A stretch of DNA of 64,000 nucleotides from Sphyrna mokarran (lineage: Eukaryota), in NCBI GenBank assembly GCA_024679065.1, contig JAGIQG010000004.1, positions 21,452,001 through 21,516,000 of the forward strand. The letters are read 5' to 3'. How positions within the stretch are numbered: the stretch's first letter is position 1; the number at the start of each line of letters is the position of its first letter. Positions 1 through 12,161 of this stretch are shown here, piece after piece. The position numbers and the translations under genes were made by a program. The notes below the pieces were generated by a model. It saw only the letters and a program-made list of their open reading frames with translations, did not search any database and was not told where the DNA came from.

Positions 1-868
1 TAGCAGTTAGCAAGAAACATAAACTCCAGTGGCCCAGGTCTTCACTGAACAATAGACTCATGCTGACTGACTGATAAGTATCACATAGCTCTGGCTGCTG
101 TATCATTACATTTGGTAACTTTAGATGTGCTACATTGAATGCAAATTTTCTGTTTTTTAATAACAATGTTTAGTGCATCACTGGAAGAGAGTTTCTATTG
201 CTGGATACTGTTTGACTTCTTACTGCACTTAAATATTGCAAAATAAAATATCTAAAAGTGTACATGCTAGTCATAATATTGAAAGTAAAGAATTTAAAAT
301 TAACCACGAAATGGGGAGATTTTTTTTTAATCACCAAGCCAAATGAATGGAGTCCAGTTTAAAGAAAAAGAAACGATATAAATTATTGTATTTTATCTTT
401 AAGAGTTTGCAATCCAACCCATGAAAGGTAATAATAAGGGAACAGTGATTTAAGAAAAGAAATGTCATCTTGAATTTTCTTTGATGGCTTGGTACTGACC
501 TGTGCATTGCTGATCTTCATGCTATCCACACACGGGTATCAAACACCAGTGTCAATGGTGTTCAGTCAACACGACCATCGGCTGACTTAGCCACCAAATC
601 ACAGCTACAAGTTTAAAACAATGTCCTCTATTTTCCAACCAATCTCCCCCTCCACCCGCCTCTCAAAATGAATTTTAATCGAGGCTCTGACCTGTGCGAC
701 TTGCACAGCAGTACTTGCTAAAAGTAGGGAAAACAAATAAGCAACTCGTGCTTGAAGCAGCAGCAACGTGATTCACATCAGCAGAACCTGCAGAAGTCTA
801 CACCTGACCATTGCACTTGACTCTGGGTTCCAGCTCTGCTTCTTCACGATGACACTGATCTCATTCGT

Positions 869-1600
869 TAGAAACGTAGAAATTAGGAGCAGGAGAAGGC
901 CATTTGGCCCTTTGACCTGCTCCACCCTTCATTTTGATCATGGCTGTTCATCAAATTCAACACTCTCATTCCATCTCCCCCCTTGTATCCTGCGATCCCT
1001 TTAGCCCCAAGAGCTAAGTCTAATTTCTTTATGTAATCAGACAATGTTTTGGCCTCAACAGCAATCTGTGGGAGTGAATTCCACAGATTCGTCATCATCT
1101 GTGCAATAAGTCCTCAGAGGCAGAAGTCAGTTCACCAAAATCCCTTTATTTACAAGTCTGATAACAGCATATAGAGTGCCTTCAGTTAGCAGTCTACAAT
1201 AGGAATCCCAGAGGCACTGATACTCCTGGTTAAATACAGAGCAAGAGGCTCCCTCATTAGCCCATCAATTTGGCCTTTAATCAGGGACATCTTTTGTTGG
1301 ACTTTTAATCAGGGAGTTCATATTCTAACAGGCTGACCTCAATTGCCTGATTAAAGTCATTAAACTCTGGGTGAAGAAATTTCTCCTCACCTCAGTTCTA
1401 AAAGGTTTACCCGTTATTCTCAAACTATGACCCACTGGTTCTGGACTCCTCTACCATCAGGAACATTCTTTCTGAGTCTACCCTGTCTAACCTTGTTAGA
1501 ATTTTTTAAGTTTCTGTAAGATCTAAATGCCACTGAATATAATCCTAATCAACTCAGTCTCTCCTCATATGCCATCACAGGGATCAGTCTGGTAAATCTC
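869..1600 (-). mobile_element. CR1/HER1-type LINE 3' fragment, interrupted by a solo LTR
   Basis: Minus-strand peptide NLWNSLPQIAVEAKTLSDYIKKLD (CR1 ORF2 C-terminus). 3' UTR reads aaatggccttctcctgctcctaatttctacgtttct. Confidence 0.85.
1100..1363 (-). mobile_element. Solo LTR-like element
   Basis: Splits a collinear CR1 sequence and is homologous to 61187-61418. AATAAA and TATTTAA are present on the minus strand. Confidence 0.6.
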
Positions 1601-1874
1601 GTTCAGTTCCATGATCTGGGGTTTCTCCAACATGTGGAGACACAGAGTAGAATTTTCCCTCTCTTTTAACATTTGAATATTCGAAGCAGTGTGTTTTCAT
1701 GAACCAGTTCCTATAAAGTGACATTTAATTTGGTGCCAGTTTTTATTAGGAACATGCAGTCTACTGTTAAATAAAGATTGTTTGTTTTCAAATTTACTCT
1801 CATCCAAATCATTCCACTTCCTTAATGTGGACCTCCAGCTCTTAGGCCCAATGCCAACTAATGGATTTTTGTTT

Positions 1875-2600
1875 TTGAGAACCTGCCAACGATTTTCTAA
1901 TCTACCACCTCCGCTGGTAATTTGTTACACAGTTCCAACACCCTATTACTAAAGGTGTTGTCTATATTTTCCATTTTCATTTGGCATCATTATTAACCTC
2001 TCTCTCATAGGCCTCCATTCTTGTGCCTGGCAAATATTGTCTACTGGATTCAAATTCTTTACACCTGTGATTTCTGTAAAGTCTCGAATCAACGTCCGCT
2101 TCTCCTGAAATTGAACATCTTTTCTTCATAATCTGTCTCTAAGTTCAGGAATCTGCTTCTAAATGCTCCTTTAGTTTCTTTTTCCCCAGTAACTCTGCGT
2201 CTTTCCCATAATACAGTTCTCTAAACTCATCCTGATGCAGCCTTACCGTAGCTACATATTTCAACATCTCATCCTTAAACTTATAAATCATCATCCATAA
2301 TTCTCCACTCCAATATTTTCTTTTATGTCAACACCTGCTAACATTGCACCAACGATCTTACTGATTGTTCAGAGCTCGAAGACGAGCTCTTTCTCGTGAA
2401 ATGTCTTTATTGAACTGAATGTAAGATGGCTGCCGTGCAGGGAGTCCTGCGAGGCAGAGGTCACATGACTACAGCAAGGCAGAATGGGCATGTATTATTA
2501 TTGCATTTTAAAATTCAAACGCCTTCTGTTTTATAACAGACTAAAGACACTCAAATATCCTCTCTTCCCGAACAAACAAAAGACAGATTTGCATATACTA
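1875..2600 (-). mobile_element. Highly decayed CR1-like LINE fragment
   Basis: Residual VLELCNKLP (W-N-x-L-P type) and VRLH (VRPH type) motifs on the minus strand. Confidence 0.4.
2366..2490 (-). mobile_element. Short LTR (TG...CA), same family as 4920-5044
   Basis: tttattgaac..tgtaagatggctgcc..ggcagaggtcacatgactacagcaag aligns to 4920-5044 in the same orientation. Confidence 0.7.
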
Positions 2601-2629
2601 CCATGTATAACTACGAGGTCTCGATGTCC

Positions 2630-2880
2630 AATGGGTGACACCCCTACCTCTGAGCCAGAATCCCCAGGTTCAAGTTCCACTCGAGAACTTGCCAGCCAAG
2701 AAGATGTGTTCTTAACATGGCCAACAGGTTGCATATCTAAAATCTTTCCAGCACACGTCAATGGCAGACAGTAAGGGTGCAAGAGACTCCTGGTCATCTA
2801 TGTTTGGTGGTGCCCCTCAATTTATAAGCCTCTGGCACTAATCTAGCAACCTGCTCCAGGAAAAACAAGTTATGGGTGCA
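2630..2880 (+). mobile_element. tRNA-derived SINE, distinct old family
   Basis: Head caatgggtgacacccctacctctgagccagaatccccaggttcaagttcc has a B-box-like GGTTCAAGTTCC. Confidence 0.5.
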
Positions 2881-3009
2881 AATTAAAATCTGCCTTGTGC
2901 AGGAAGAGGAACCACAATAATAATGTGTAACTCTAAGTTACTCAACTTATCCACTACACAACAACTGTTCTCACACATTAATAAACTGTTTGTTATTCTT
3001 ATCAATCAT

Positions 3010-3755
3010 TGCATATGCGTTGTACACAACAGGTTGGTTCTGTCAAGGCTAAAAGTGATAAATAGTTGGTGACTATTAGAATGATGTCTACAATTGGGAG
3101 AAGGAGAAGGAAGGAGAGCACCACATGAATAAGAAGTGTCAGATAGGCATTGGTACATGATGCAACATCATGACCTTCACTGTATGAAGTGGCTCAACTT
3201 GGCGATCTGAAAATGAAGGCCTCGAAAACTATGTTGAAGTTAGATGATAGTTCAATACTGATACCAAGAGGACAAATTAGTCTGAGAGCCCAATGCAATG
3301 GCAAGAATGAAGATGTGGCATTCCAGATCATACACAATACACAACCACAGCTCATCTTAACTGGAGCAAGTTTTAACGTTTGGACTGGTAACTCTAAATG
3401 TGACAATAGAATTTGCAATGTGTCGCAGAACACAAAACCATTAACCACTGAGCAGATGCTAGAGGAGTACAAAGATGTGTTTGGATGTCTACCTGGAAAA
3501 TATCATCTTGAAGCGGATGAGAGGGGAAGATCAATGCAGAATCTGCCGAGAAGAGTTCTAGCTGTCCTGAAATCAGCCTGAAAAGAAGATAAAAAAACTG
3601 GAGAAGGGATCAATCTAGAGAGTGACAACTCTAATAAACTGGATTAGCAGCCTGGCAAACTGTGAGAATGCTTAGACCTAAAGTATCTAAATAAAGCACT
3701 GAAAAGTTCTCACTACCCATAACAACCATCAGCTGATATCTCTCCAGTGGCCAAC
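3010..3755 (+). mobile_element. Ty3/Gypsy pol remnant (protease and start of RT), pseudogenised
   Basis: Degenerate protease CQIGIGT*CNIM (DTGA-type) at 3137-3172. Followed by LEEYKDVFGCLPGKYHLEAD..PRRV, WISSL and LNKALK.SHYP motifs. Confidence 0.8.
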
Positions 3756-3756
3756 C

Positions 3757-4055
3757 AGGATCCCTACTGTGAAGAAGGAGGTATTTCGGCCTATCAAATC
3801 TGCACTGACCACAATTTCACTCAGGCCCTTTTCCTGCGATTGCACACATTTACCCTTCTAATCTCTCTGACACCAGGGTCAATTTAACATGGCCAATCAA
3901 TCCAACTCTTTGCACTGTGGATGGAAACTGGAGCGTCTGGAGGAAACTCACACAGACATGGGGAGAACACGCAAACTCCACACAATTACCTCACTCCAGA
4001 ATCAAACCCAGATTGCTGGTGCTGTGAGGCAGCAATACTGACCACTGTGCCACCC
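3757..4055 (-). mobile_element. HE1-like V-SINE with CR1-derived tail (type A)
   Basis: tRNA-like head ggtggcacagtggtcagtattgctgcctcacagc, V-core and CR1-type tail. Confidence 0.9.
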
Positions 4056-4056
4056 C

Positions 4057-5044
4057 AAACTATATAGGTCTGTTTTGCTTCTTTGTAGCCAAACACTTGT
4101 GTGCGAAATGATTTCGCTTCTTGCAGTTGAAATACTGCCTTCCCCATGCTGGATGAATCTTCTTTTCCTTTGTACGATCTCCTGTGCAATATTTGCATCC
4201 TGCTTTTTGTTCGCAATTGTTCTGCTCTTTCAACTTGGAATGTCTGTCAGCATAATGAATCTCCTGGTCTGTTATGCCATGCATATGCTCTGGGAACACG
4301 TTTCTCTTATCACCAACTTGTTCTCACTGTCAGATCGCTTAAAACAATTCTATTTCTAATGAGATCATCTTTAAGTTGCCCAAATTCACATGATTCTGCA
4401 AGCTGTATTATTATTGTCAAATAGTGACCAATGGACTTCTTTTCACCTTGAGCTCTAGTGTTGAACACGTACCATTCATGAATTATGTTCACCTGGGGTT
4501 CAAAGCATGCCTGCAAGGTTTTTCAGATTTCTGCAAGCAGTTTTTTTGGACAGATTTAAGATGGGATACAATTAATAGCAGCATATTCCAGTAATGTTAA
4601 GAATGTTGCTACTCATTTTGGTTCCAATTTGTTAAATAAATCTGTTGCAGTTTCATAGTTTCGTCATTGCATGTGGAAAAAATGCTAGTTCTGCCACATA
4701 ACTCCTTTAATTTTGACAGGAGTTGGGAGTAGAGAATTTACAGCCATCCATATCTCACCCAGTATTATATTTGCAGCCTTTGGCTTGTGTGAAATTTTCC
4801 TTATTTTTTTTTCTTCCATGGTTTTTAGCAGATTGGAACATTCCAGTGTTCTTCTTTCAGTCATTGTGCCATCTCTTCCAGGATTTTAAAACTTAATCTC
4901 AGCTCCACTCCTGACAAGGTGTTATCAGCTCAAAGACTACAGTCTTTTTGGTATAATGTGTTTATTGAACCAATTGTAAGATAGCTGCCTGCGGGGCATC
5001 CCTCGTGGCAGAGATCACTTGACTACGGCAAGCCAGATAGGACA
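4057..5044 (-). mobile_element. Ty3/Gypsy 5' LTR, PBS and gag remnant
   Basis: LTR 4920-5044 (TG..CA) and PBS-like 4907-4919. Gag motifs QLAESCEFGQLKDDLIRNRIV and degenerate zinc knuckle YFNCKKRNHFAHKC. Confidence 0.85.
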
Positions 5045-5280
5045 TTTTCAAAACCCAAACACTGATTTGCATGCGCCAAAATTCTTGAATTTCTTTCTTT
5101 TATTCGTTCATTGCCATTTAATACGTAATCCTCATTCATGATAAATATGTAATCTGTTGGCAGAATTGTAGTAGAGTAGACCATAAGTGCACACGTGCTC
5201 AAAGCCATAGACAGTGTCACAAATTTTGAGGGCAGGTCACATTTTCCCATCAGAACTCTCATCCTGATCTGCCAATTTAA

Positions 5281-5753
5281 TTTTTTTCAATCATTCATGA
5301 GATGTGGGCATCTCTGGCTGGGCCAGCATTTATTGCCCATCTCTGAGGGCATTTAGGAGTCAACTACATTGTGAATCCAGAGTTACATATAGTCCAAACC
5401 AGGAAAGCAAGGCATATTTCTTTCCTAAATAACATTAGCGAACCAGATGATTTTACGACAATTGACAATGGTTTCATGGTGATCTTTGAATTTGAGAAGT
5501 TTTTAAAAAAATTCAAATTCAACCACCTGCCAGAGTGGGATTCGAACTCGGGACCTAAGAGCATTACGTTGTGTCCCTGGATTGTAGGCAGGATTCTACA
5601 GTCTTGTTCTTCCTGTCCTTGCTGCCAATGTGAATGGAGAATTTGGTGTTCAGCTCCATTCACTGCAGCGGCACAGAGAATTCCAGCCATGGACGAGGTC
5701 TGAAGTTTCCAGTGTACTAGCCCAGTGATAAAACCACCAGCCACTGCCTTCCC
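5281..5753 (-). mobile_element. tRNA-SINE type C, interrupted by a MITE at about 5586-5700
   Basis: Homologous to 7618-7970 and 47184-47549. B-box gggttcgaatcc-like; tail gggcaataaatgctggcccagccag. Confidence 0.85.
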
Positions 5754-5943
5754 AGTAGTTTGTAAGGCTTCAACCATAAGTATCCATCTTTAAGGGCAAG
5801 TTATCTTGCTGATTCTGAATCTGTAGAAAGCCATTGATGCAGAGAGCTTGAAATGAATGATAGCTCCACAGCCATCCACATGGTCCCCTTGTATTCAACT
5901 TTTACTGATCTTTGTGACACCACCTGCAATACTATCAACTTAA

Positions 5944-6197
5944 AAAGTTTATTTATCAATGTCACAAGTAGGCTTACATTAACACTGCAATGAAGTTACT
6001 GTGAAAATTCCCTAGTGGCCATACTCTAGTGCCCGTTGGGGTACTTTGAGGGAGAATTTAGCATGGCCAAACCACCTAACCAGCACGTCTTTCAGACTGT
6101 GGGAGGAAACCGGATCACCTGGAGGATACCCACACAGACACGGGGAGGACATGCAAACTCCACACAGACAATGACCCAAGCCGGGAATTGAACCCAG
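5944..6197 (-). mobile_element. V-SINE type B (alternative tail), 5'-truncated
   Basis: V-core plus tail cagtaacttcattgcagtgttaatgtaagcctacttgtgac..aataaacttt. Confidence 0.9.
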
Positions 6198-6892
6198 TAA
6201 AGAAGGAAATCACTCTGCTCACATAGAGGGAGAAGACTGACCAATTAACCAGTCAAGCATCCAGACAATCAAACCTTTTCAATTCATTGGTCATGAATGT
6301 AGCTTCAATTAAAATGAACTTGTGCACATAAAAAACCTGAATAAAAAGCAATCTCCCTTTAATATGCGGAGCTGCATTAGAATTGAAACCAATGGTCAAT
6401 AAATATATATTTTAATCCTTTTATGAAGCGATGTATTTGGTAGGGTAGGCTGGAAGTTAATAAACCAGGTTGTTGAACCAAAGTCTGAATTGAATTCTTG
6501 CCTGTTAATTGCATTGAGGCTTCCCCAGGAGTGAAATGGGAGTTGTGAAAGAATTATCAGCCAAAGAAGATCCTGTGCTATAACAGCTCATTACAGGTAA
6601 ACCAGTCATTGTGGTGTCCATAGCCTCGAATGTCAACATCATGGGAGGGAGAGATATGAAGAGAGAACATTGGGGAGTGTGAGTTAAATGTGGATGGTGG
6701 GGTAGGGGAGGAGAGTATTGTAGGAGGCCAGTGCAGAAAAGTATTTTTTTTAACGTAAATCATTTATGTTCAACAATGCATAAATTCCTGGAGTTTTGGA
6801 TTTAATTTCATTTCTATAGTCCTGACATGCTTCTCTCCTTTTTATCTATTGGTTTTTCTCCTAATTTCTCCCATTCGATTCAATTTTTAAAT

Positions 6893-7027
6893 GGAAGGAA
6901 TTTTCCCATTCCCCCCAACACAGGAATCATAGCGGGTGGAGAGGGGGTGAGATGGATCATGCAGAATCCCATTGAGCTCGGGAGGGATTTTCAGGTTTTG
7001 TGAGAGCGCGGCTGGAAAATCTCACCC
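6893..7027. mobile_element. Harbinger-like MITE (~140 bp)
   Basis: TIRs ggaaggaattttcc / ggaaaatctcaccc. Homologous to 10715-10862 and 25905-26040. Confidence 0.7.
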
Positions 7028-7389
7028 TGGGTCTTTTACCATATGCTTCATACTCATGTAGGTTTGATTGATGTAGCTCTAATAACACATTTTCTCTTGA
7101 CACCACTCTAGCATTTTGTGGTTGTTTCTCTTTCTTCATAGGACCTAGATGGCCTACTCCTGCTCCTATTTCTTATGTAACTCTGGCTAGTCTTTGCTCA
7201 CTGCTTAATTGTAGCCATTTATACACCATGTTTAAAATAGTATTCGTTCTTAACATTCATTCTTTTGCCTGATTTAATGAATGTGTGCACACCCATCACA
7301 ATGGAGTCAAAATTGTCTTATTTATTGCAAGTCATTAGTAAGTTATCATTTGATATCAAAATTTCTCCTTCAACTTAATGAATGGATAC

Positions 7390-7597
7390 AAGTGAGATTC
7401 TCCGGCCTCCCAGATGCATGTTTCCTGCTGACTGGAAGTGACATATTGTTTGCTAGTGGCAGAATTTTCTGGTCTCAGCGCTGTCAATGGAATTCCCATT
7501 GACCTCACCCCACGCTGGTGGGAAGCCCAAAGGATGGGCTGCACTGCCAGTGGGACCAGTGAGTCCTGCTGGTGCGAACAGCTGGAGAATTACAGCC
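7390..7597. mobile_element. MITE of the same TIR group
   Basis: gagattctccgg ... ctggagaatt termini with internal inverted symmetry. Confidence 0.55.
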
Positions 7598-7617
7598 AAT
7601 ATGTTCATTACAAATAA

Positions 7618-7970
7618 AGGGGAGATGATGCCCTCGTGGTATTATTGCTAGACTATTAATCCAGAAATTCAACTAATGTTCTGGGTTCCAGGTTTGAATC
7701 ACATCACAGCAGATGGAGGAATTTGAATTCAATAGAGAAAATCTGGGATTAAGAATCTACTGATGACTGTGAAACCATTGTCGGGAAAAACCCATCTGGT
7801 TCATTAATTTCTCTCCGGGAAGAAAATCTGCCATCCTTACCTGGTCTGGCCTACATGCGACTTCAGAACCACAGCAATGTGGTTGATTTTCAGCTGCCCT
7901 TGGGCAACCATGGATGGGCAATAAATGCTAGCCAACCAGTGACACCCATGTCCCATAAATGAATAAAAAA
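7618..7970 (+). mobile_element. tRNA-SINE type C, near full length
   Basis: Head ggggagatgatgccctcgtggtattatt..ggtttgaatc. Tail gggcaataaatgctagccaaccagtgacacccatgtcccataaatgaataaaaaa. Confidence 0.85.
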
Positions 7971-8073
7971 CAAATATGGAATCATTCAGTGCTTCCATAA
8001 CCAAAATAAAACATTAGCAAAGTTCAATAGCAGTTGAAAATAGGCATGGCGACTGATGTGCAATTAACTCATG

Positions 8074-8120
8074 ATAGCATACAAGAAACAATACTTTTCA
8101 CTGTACTACGATACATGTGA
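8074..8120 (+). mobile_element. Rex1-like LINE 3' tail only
   Basis: caagaaacaatacttttcactgtac..catgtgacaataataaatcaaatcaaa, the same tail as 22205-22517 and 25428-25813. Confidence 0.75.
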
Positions 8121-8449
8121 CAATAATAAATCAAATCAAATATCAGGATGTAAGTGGCAGATGGGAGGATTCCACCTTCATATAGTTAAAATTATTTTTG
8201 TTTTAAATTATTGAATCTAGTGGCTTCATTCTTTCTGTAAGTAACTGGGATTTTGGATTTATTCCTTACTAAAAAGAAACTTAAAAAAAAGGTTACTAGT
8301 GTTGACCGCAATCGTGACACACCCATGTCCATAGCATTTCACACACTGACCAGAACAGTCACATCACCTCACAAGATACTTAATGATATACATTGTGCTC
8401 TCTTACAAGACAAGGTGGCACACAACTGAAGCTAACCAAACAGAGAACG

Positions 8450-9890
8450 GCATCCTGCATAGCTCATGGGATTTGGGGTAATAACATTCATTTCCTGAAT
8501 AGATGATTGCTTAAAGGACAGAGGATAGGAATTAAAGGGTAATTTTAAAGTTGGCACGCTGTTACTATTGCTTTTCACAACAATTAGTCCTGGAGCCTCA
8601 GCTATTTACAATTTATATTAATGACTTAGATGAAGAGATTGAGTGTAATGGACCCACATTTGCTAGCAATTCAAAGCGAGGTGGGAAGTAAGCTGAGAGG
8701 ACGGCAGAGACTGCAGATGGACGTAGACAGGTTAATTGAGGAGTTTGATGAACTATCATGTGGGAAAGGTGAAGTTCTTCACTTTGGTAGGAAAAGTAGG
8801 AAAAATGAATATTTTTGAGATGATGATAAATGATTAAATGTTGGTGTCCAGAGGGATTTTGTGTCCTTGTACAAGAAACACTGCAAGTTAGCAAGCAGAT
8901 ATAATAAGCAAGTAGGAAAGCAAATGATATGTTGGTCTTTATTGGAAGTGAGTTGAGTAAGGACTCTTGCCTCAATTGATGAGAACGTACATGAACAGTT
9001 TTGATCTCCATGCCAATGGAGGTATATACTTGCCTGGGGAGGGCTGTAATAGAAGTTCACTAAATTGATTGCTGGGTGAGAGCCTTATCCAAAGGGGAGG
9101 AATTGAGTCAAATGGATGTATATTCTGGAGTTTAGAAGAATGAGAAGCACTGTGGCTCTAACTATTCCTGACGTTTAAAATGTTAAATTTTACTTTTTAC
9201 TGCCATAAGCAAGCTTTCATTAAGACTGCTAATGAAGTTGTTCTGAAAAAACCCCTAGTCACCACACTCTGGTGCCTATTCTGGTACACTGAGGAAGAAT
9301 TTAGCATGGCTAATGCATCTAACCAGCACATCTTTTGGATCGTGGGAGGAAACCAGACCACTTGGAAGTAACCCACACAGACATGAGGAGAACATGCAGT
9401 CTCCACACAAAGCGTGACCGAAGCCAGGAATCGAACCCAGGTCCCTGGTGCTGTGAGGCAGCAGTGCTAACCACTGTGCCACCCTAATGTGGCAGGCTAC
9501 CCAAACTTGGTGAGACTGGAACATTCCACCGCTGGAGGGAGGAGGCCAGAAAATTCTGGCTATAATGTTCTGCGAGGGCTTAACATGGTAGATGCTGAGA
9601 GGATGATTCCTCTGGCAAGAATCTGGGATTAGAGGCACATCATCTTAGAATTAGAAATTGGTCACTTAAGACTGAGACAAGGATAAATCTCTTCGGTCAA
9701 AGATTGTGAACCCCAGCATGCTGTAGATGCTCACTCCTTGAGTATCTGTAAAGCTGAGTTCGAAAGGGTTTTGAAATTGAGGATTGGAAGGGAAAGTCAA
9801 AGTGAGGTCAAAGATTAGCCATAAATGTGCTGAATGGTGGAGCATGTTCAAGGGGACATATGGTCGATTCCTATTTCTTATGTTCTTCTG
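8450..9890 (+). mobile_element. CR1/HER1 LINE RT and 3' end remnant with nested MITE and SINE
   Basis: Motifs FTIYINDLDE, RLQMDVDRL, GEVLHFGRK and QRDFVS. Ends in a CR1 tail, cctatttcttatgttctt. Confidence 0.85.
9195..9485 (-). mobile_element. V-SINE type B
   Basis: Full head gggtggcacagtggttagcactgctgcctcacagcaccagggacctgggttcgattcc plus type B tail. Confidence 0.9.
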
Positions 9891-10619
9891 AATGTGCTTT
9901 CAGCTGTCAGAGGTTTTAGGAGGATGTTGGCAGGTGTGTTGTGGTACCATTATAACTGGTGTGGTGAGCTCCCAAGTGCCACTGTTGGCATTAAGCCATC
10001 TAATTGATATCCTGATCTGCAGCTTCTCCATACGCCTGGCAGATATTCACGGTGTCTCTCGCTATCCGTCTTGTCAATATGTTGTCTTACATAACTCAGC
10101 CCAGAAGTGCACGCACATGCTGCAAATATCATTTTGAAGCTCTAACGTGTACCTAGCAACCAAAAAAATGGGCTCAGATGATCTTCATTTTTCAACTGCG
10201 TTTCTTGAATTTTCCACATAGGCAACTGTTTGCCATCCAGATCTTTGTTTTTTTTTCATTATCTCACTTCCTTTTTCTTATTCGGTATTTGGGAAAACTG
10301 GAATATAATAGTTACACAAAACACGCTTTATAAACTATTCACTAAATGACAAAATGTAATCCAATCCGCTCCTATTTGTACACGGGTAAGTTAGCTCTTG
10401 TTGATTGAATGTAGAAGCGGATGGGAAGGAACCCAATCTTCAGGTACCAAATCTGACGCTCAGAAAACTCATTCCTACACCATCTTCCTTATTAAAAATG
10501 AATATTCCACCCAAGTATGCGCCTCAACACAGGGGCTTTCACATTGCTGAGATTATTATAAAGAATATTCATTAAAACGGGGAGCAGCCACCCAGCAATA
10601 TATTAGTAGAACAACATCC

Positions 10620-10955
10620 CTAAATAAAAAGGCTTAAAAGTATTCAGCAGGTCCAGCAACATCTGTAGAAGAGAGATGCATAGCTCTGATGAAAGGTCTT
10701 TGCCCTGAAACATGGGGCAGGACTTTCCAGCCACGCTCGACCCAAAACCAAAATCTCCCACCTGTGATCAATGGAATCTCGCATGGTCCACTGTCCTTTT
10801 ACCCAGTCCTTCCCTCCTGGTCGCTAAAATTCCTATGGTAGCTGAGATGGGAAATTCTCCCCATGAACTCTTTCCCTCTCTTAAGATGCTGAGTATTTCC
10901 AGCAGTTTTTCGTTTATGTTTTAGATTTCCACCCCTTGCAGTATTTTGCTTTTGT
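10620..10955. mobile_element. Penelope-like terminal repeat (inverted arms around a hammerhead motif), split by a MITE
   Basis: Arms aaagtattcagcagg..catctgtagaagagag and ctctcttaagatgctgagtatttccagc are inverted copies. CTGATGA..GAAAC lies at 10686-10711. Confidence 0.7.
10715..10862. mobile_element. Harbinger-like MITE with 3-bp TSD (ATG)
   Basis: TIRs gggcaggactttcc / gggaaattctcccc, with atg on both flanks. Confidence 0.8.
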
Positions 10956-11002
10956 AACAGATGTCCCAGACAGCATTTGTAATCCAAGCAGTTTCAAGGG
11001 AA

Positions 11003-11292
11003 TTTTTATTTTATTAGTGTTACGAGTAAGGCTTATGTTAACACTGCAGTGAAGATATTGTGAAAATCGCCTAGTCACCATACTCCAGTGTCTGTTCAGG
11101 TACATTGAGGGAGAATTTAGCATGGCCAATGCATCTAACCAGCACGTTTTTTTAGACTGTGGGAAGAAACTGGAGCATCCGGAGGAAGCCCACACAGACA
11201 TGGGGAGAACATGCAGACTCCATACATATAGCGATCAAAGCTGGGAATTGAACCTGTGTCCCTGGCAACAGTGTTAATCACTGTATCACCAT
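11003..11292 (-). mobile_element. V-SINE type B
   Basis: Matches the type B core and tail. Confidence 0.9.
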
Positions 11293-12071
11293 ACAGCCCT
11301 TTTCCAAGGTACAGTTCTTTCATTGTGCCCAGAATGATGGCCCTCTCGGGAATTTACATGGTTTTTGGGGGGGAAGTGTTTAATCATGGTGTTGCAGTCA
11401 TCATGAGAGTGTGGAACAGACTTGATAGTCATTCTGGTCTTTTCTTTCTCATCAATTTTGTACGCATATGTTTCTAATAAAGGAGTTCTGACTGAGTTGG
11501 CTGTTCATCAGATGGCATTTATATCAAGTTTAATCTCTGTCAGTGTTGGATTGGGCTTTTGCAAAATGTTCCTTCAGATTATAATTTTGTGCACTTTTAT
11601 TCTTGGAAAAAAAAGCAACCCAACACTTCCATTCCTCAGAACAACCCCCCCCCACTCCCCGACCCCAATTATAACCCCAGCTCCTTGGGTATTATTCGCA
11701 GTGTTTAAAAAATATATATATTCAAAATGCTTCCAATTTCATCATTGCTGTGCCTGAAAATAAATTACAATTTTTCCTCGAGTTTAATTAAATGACTGTC
11801 GTCGTGTTGCTTTCTTCATCTCGCCCCCCTGTACCTTCCTATTACCTCTCACCGATAAAGAATTGCTATCTGTGGAATGTTAAGAAAGCTTCTGGGTAGC
11901 AAGGCTCATGAAATTTGTCACAAGATCTCATTTTCTTCATTGCGAGACGTGATGGTTATAATTGATGTGGAGGCTGTTGTAATTTACTGGCCAGCCACAA
12001 TTATCACTCACTCTCTGAGGTGATGTGACTGCAATTTAAATGCAGTGAAATAGAGAAGCGTTGCTGATTTT

Positions 12072-12073
<2 letters not shown>

Positions 12074-12113
<40 letters not shown>

Positions 12114-12161
12114 AGTGTGTATATATATTATATATATATATGTGTGTGTGTGTATGTGTGT
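12074..12161. repeat. Compound (TG)n(TA)n(TG)n microsatellite
   Basis: Seen directly in the sequence. Confidence 0.95.
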
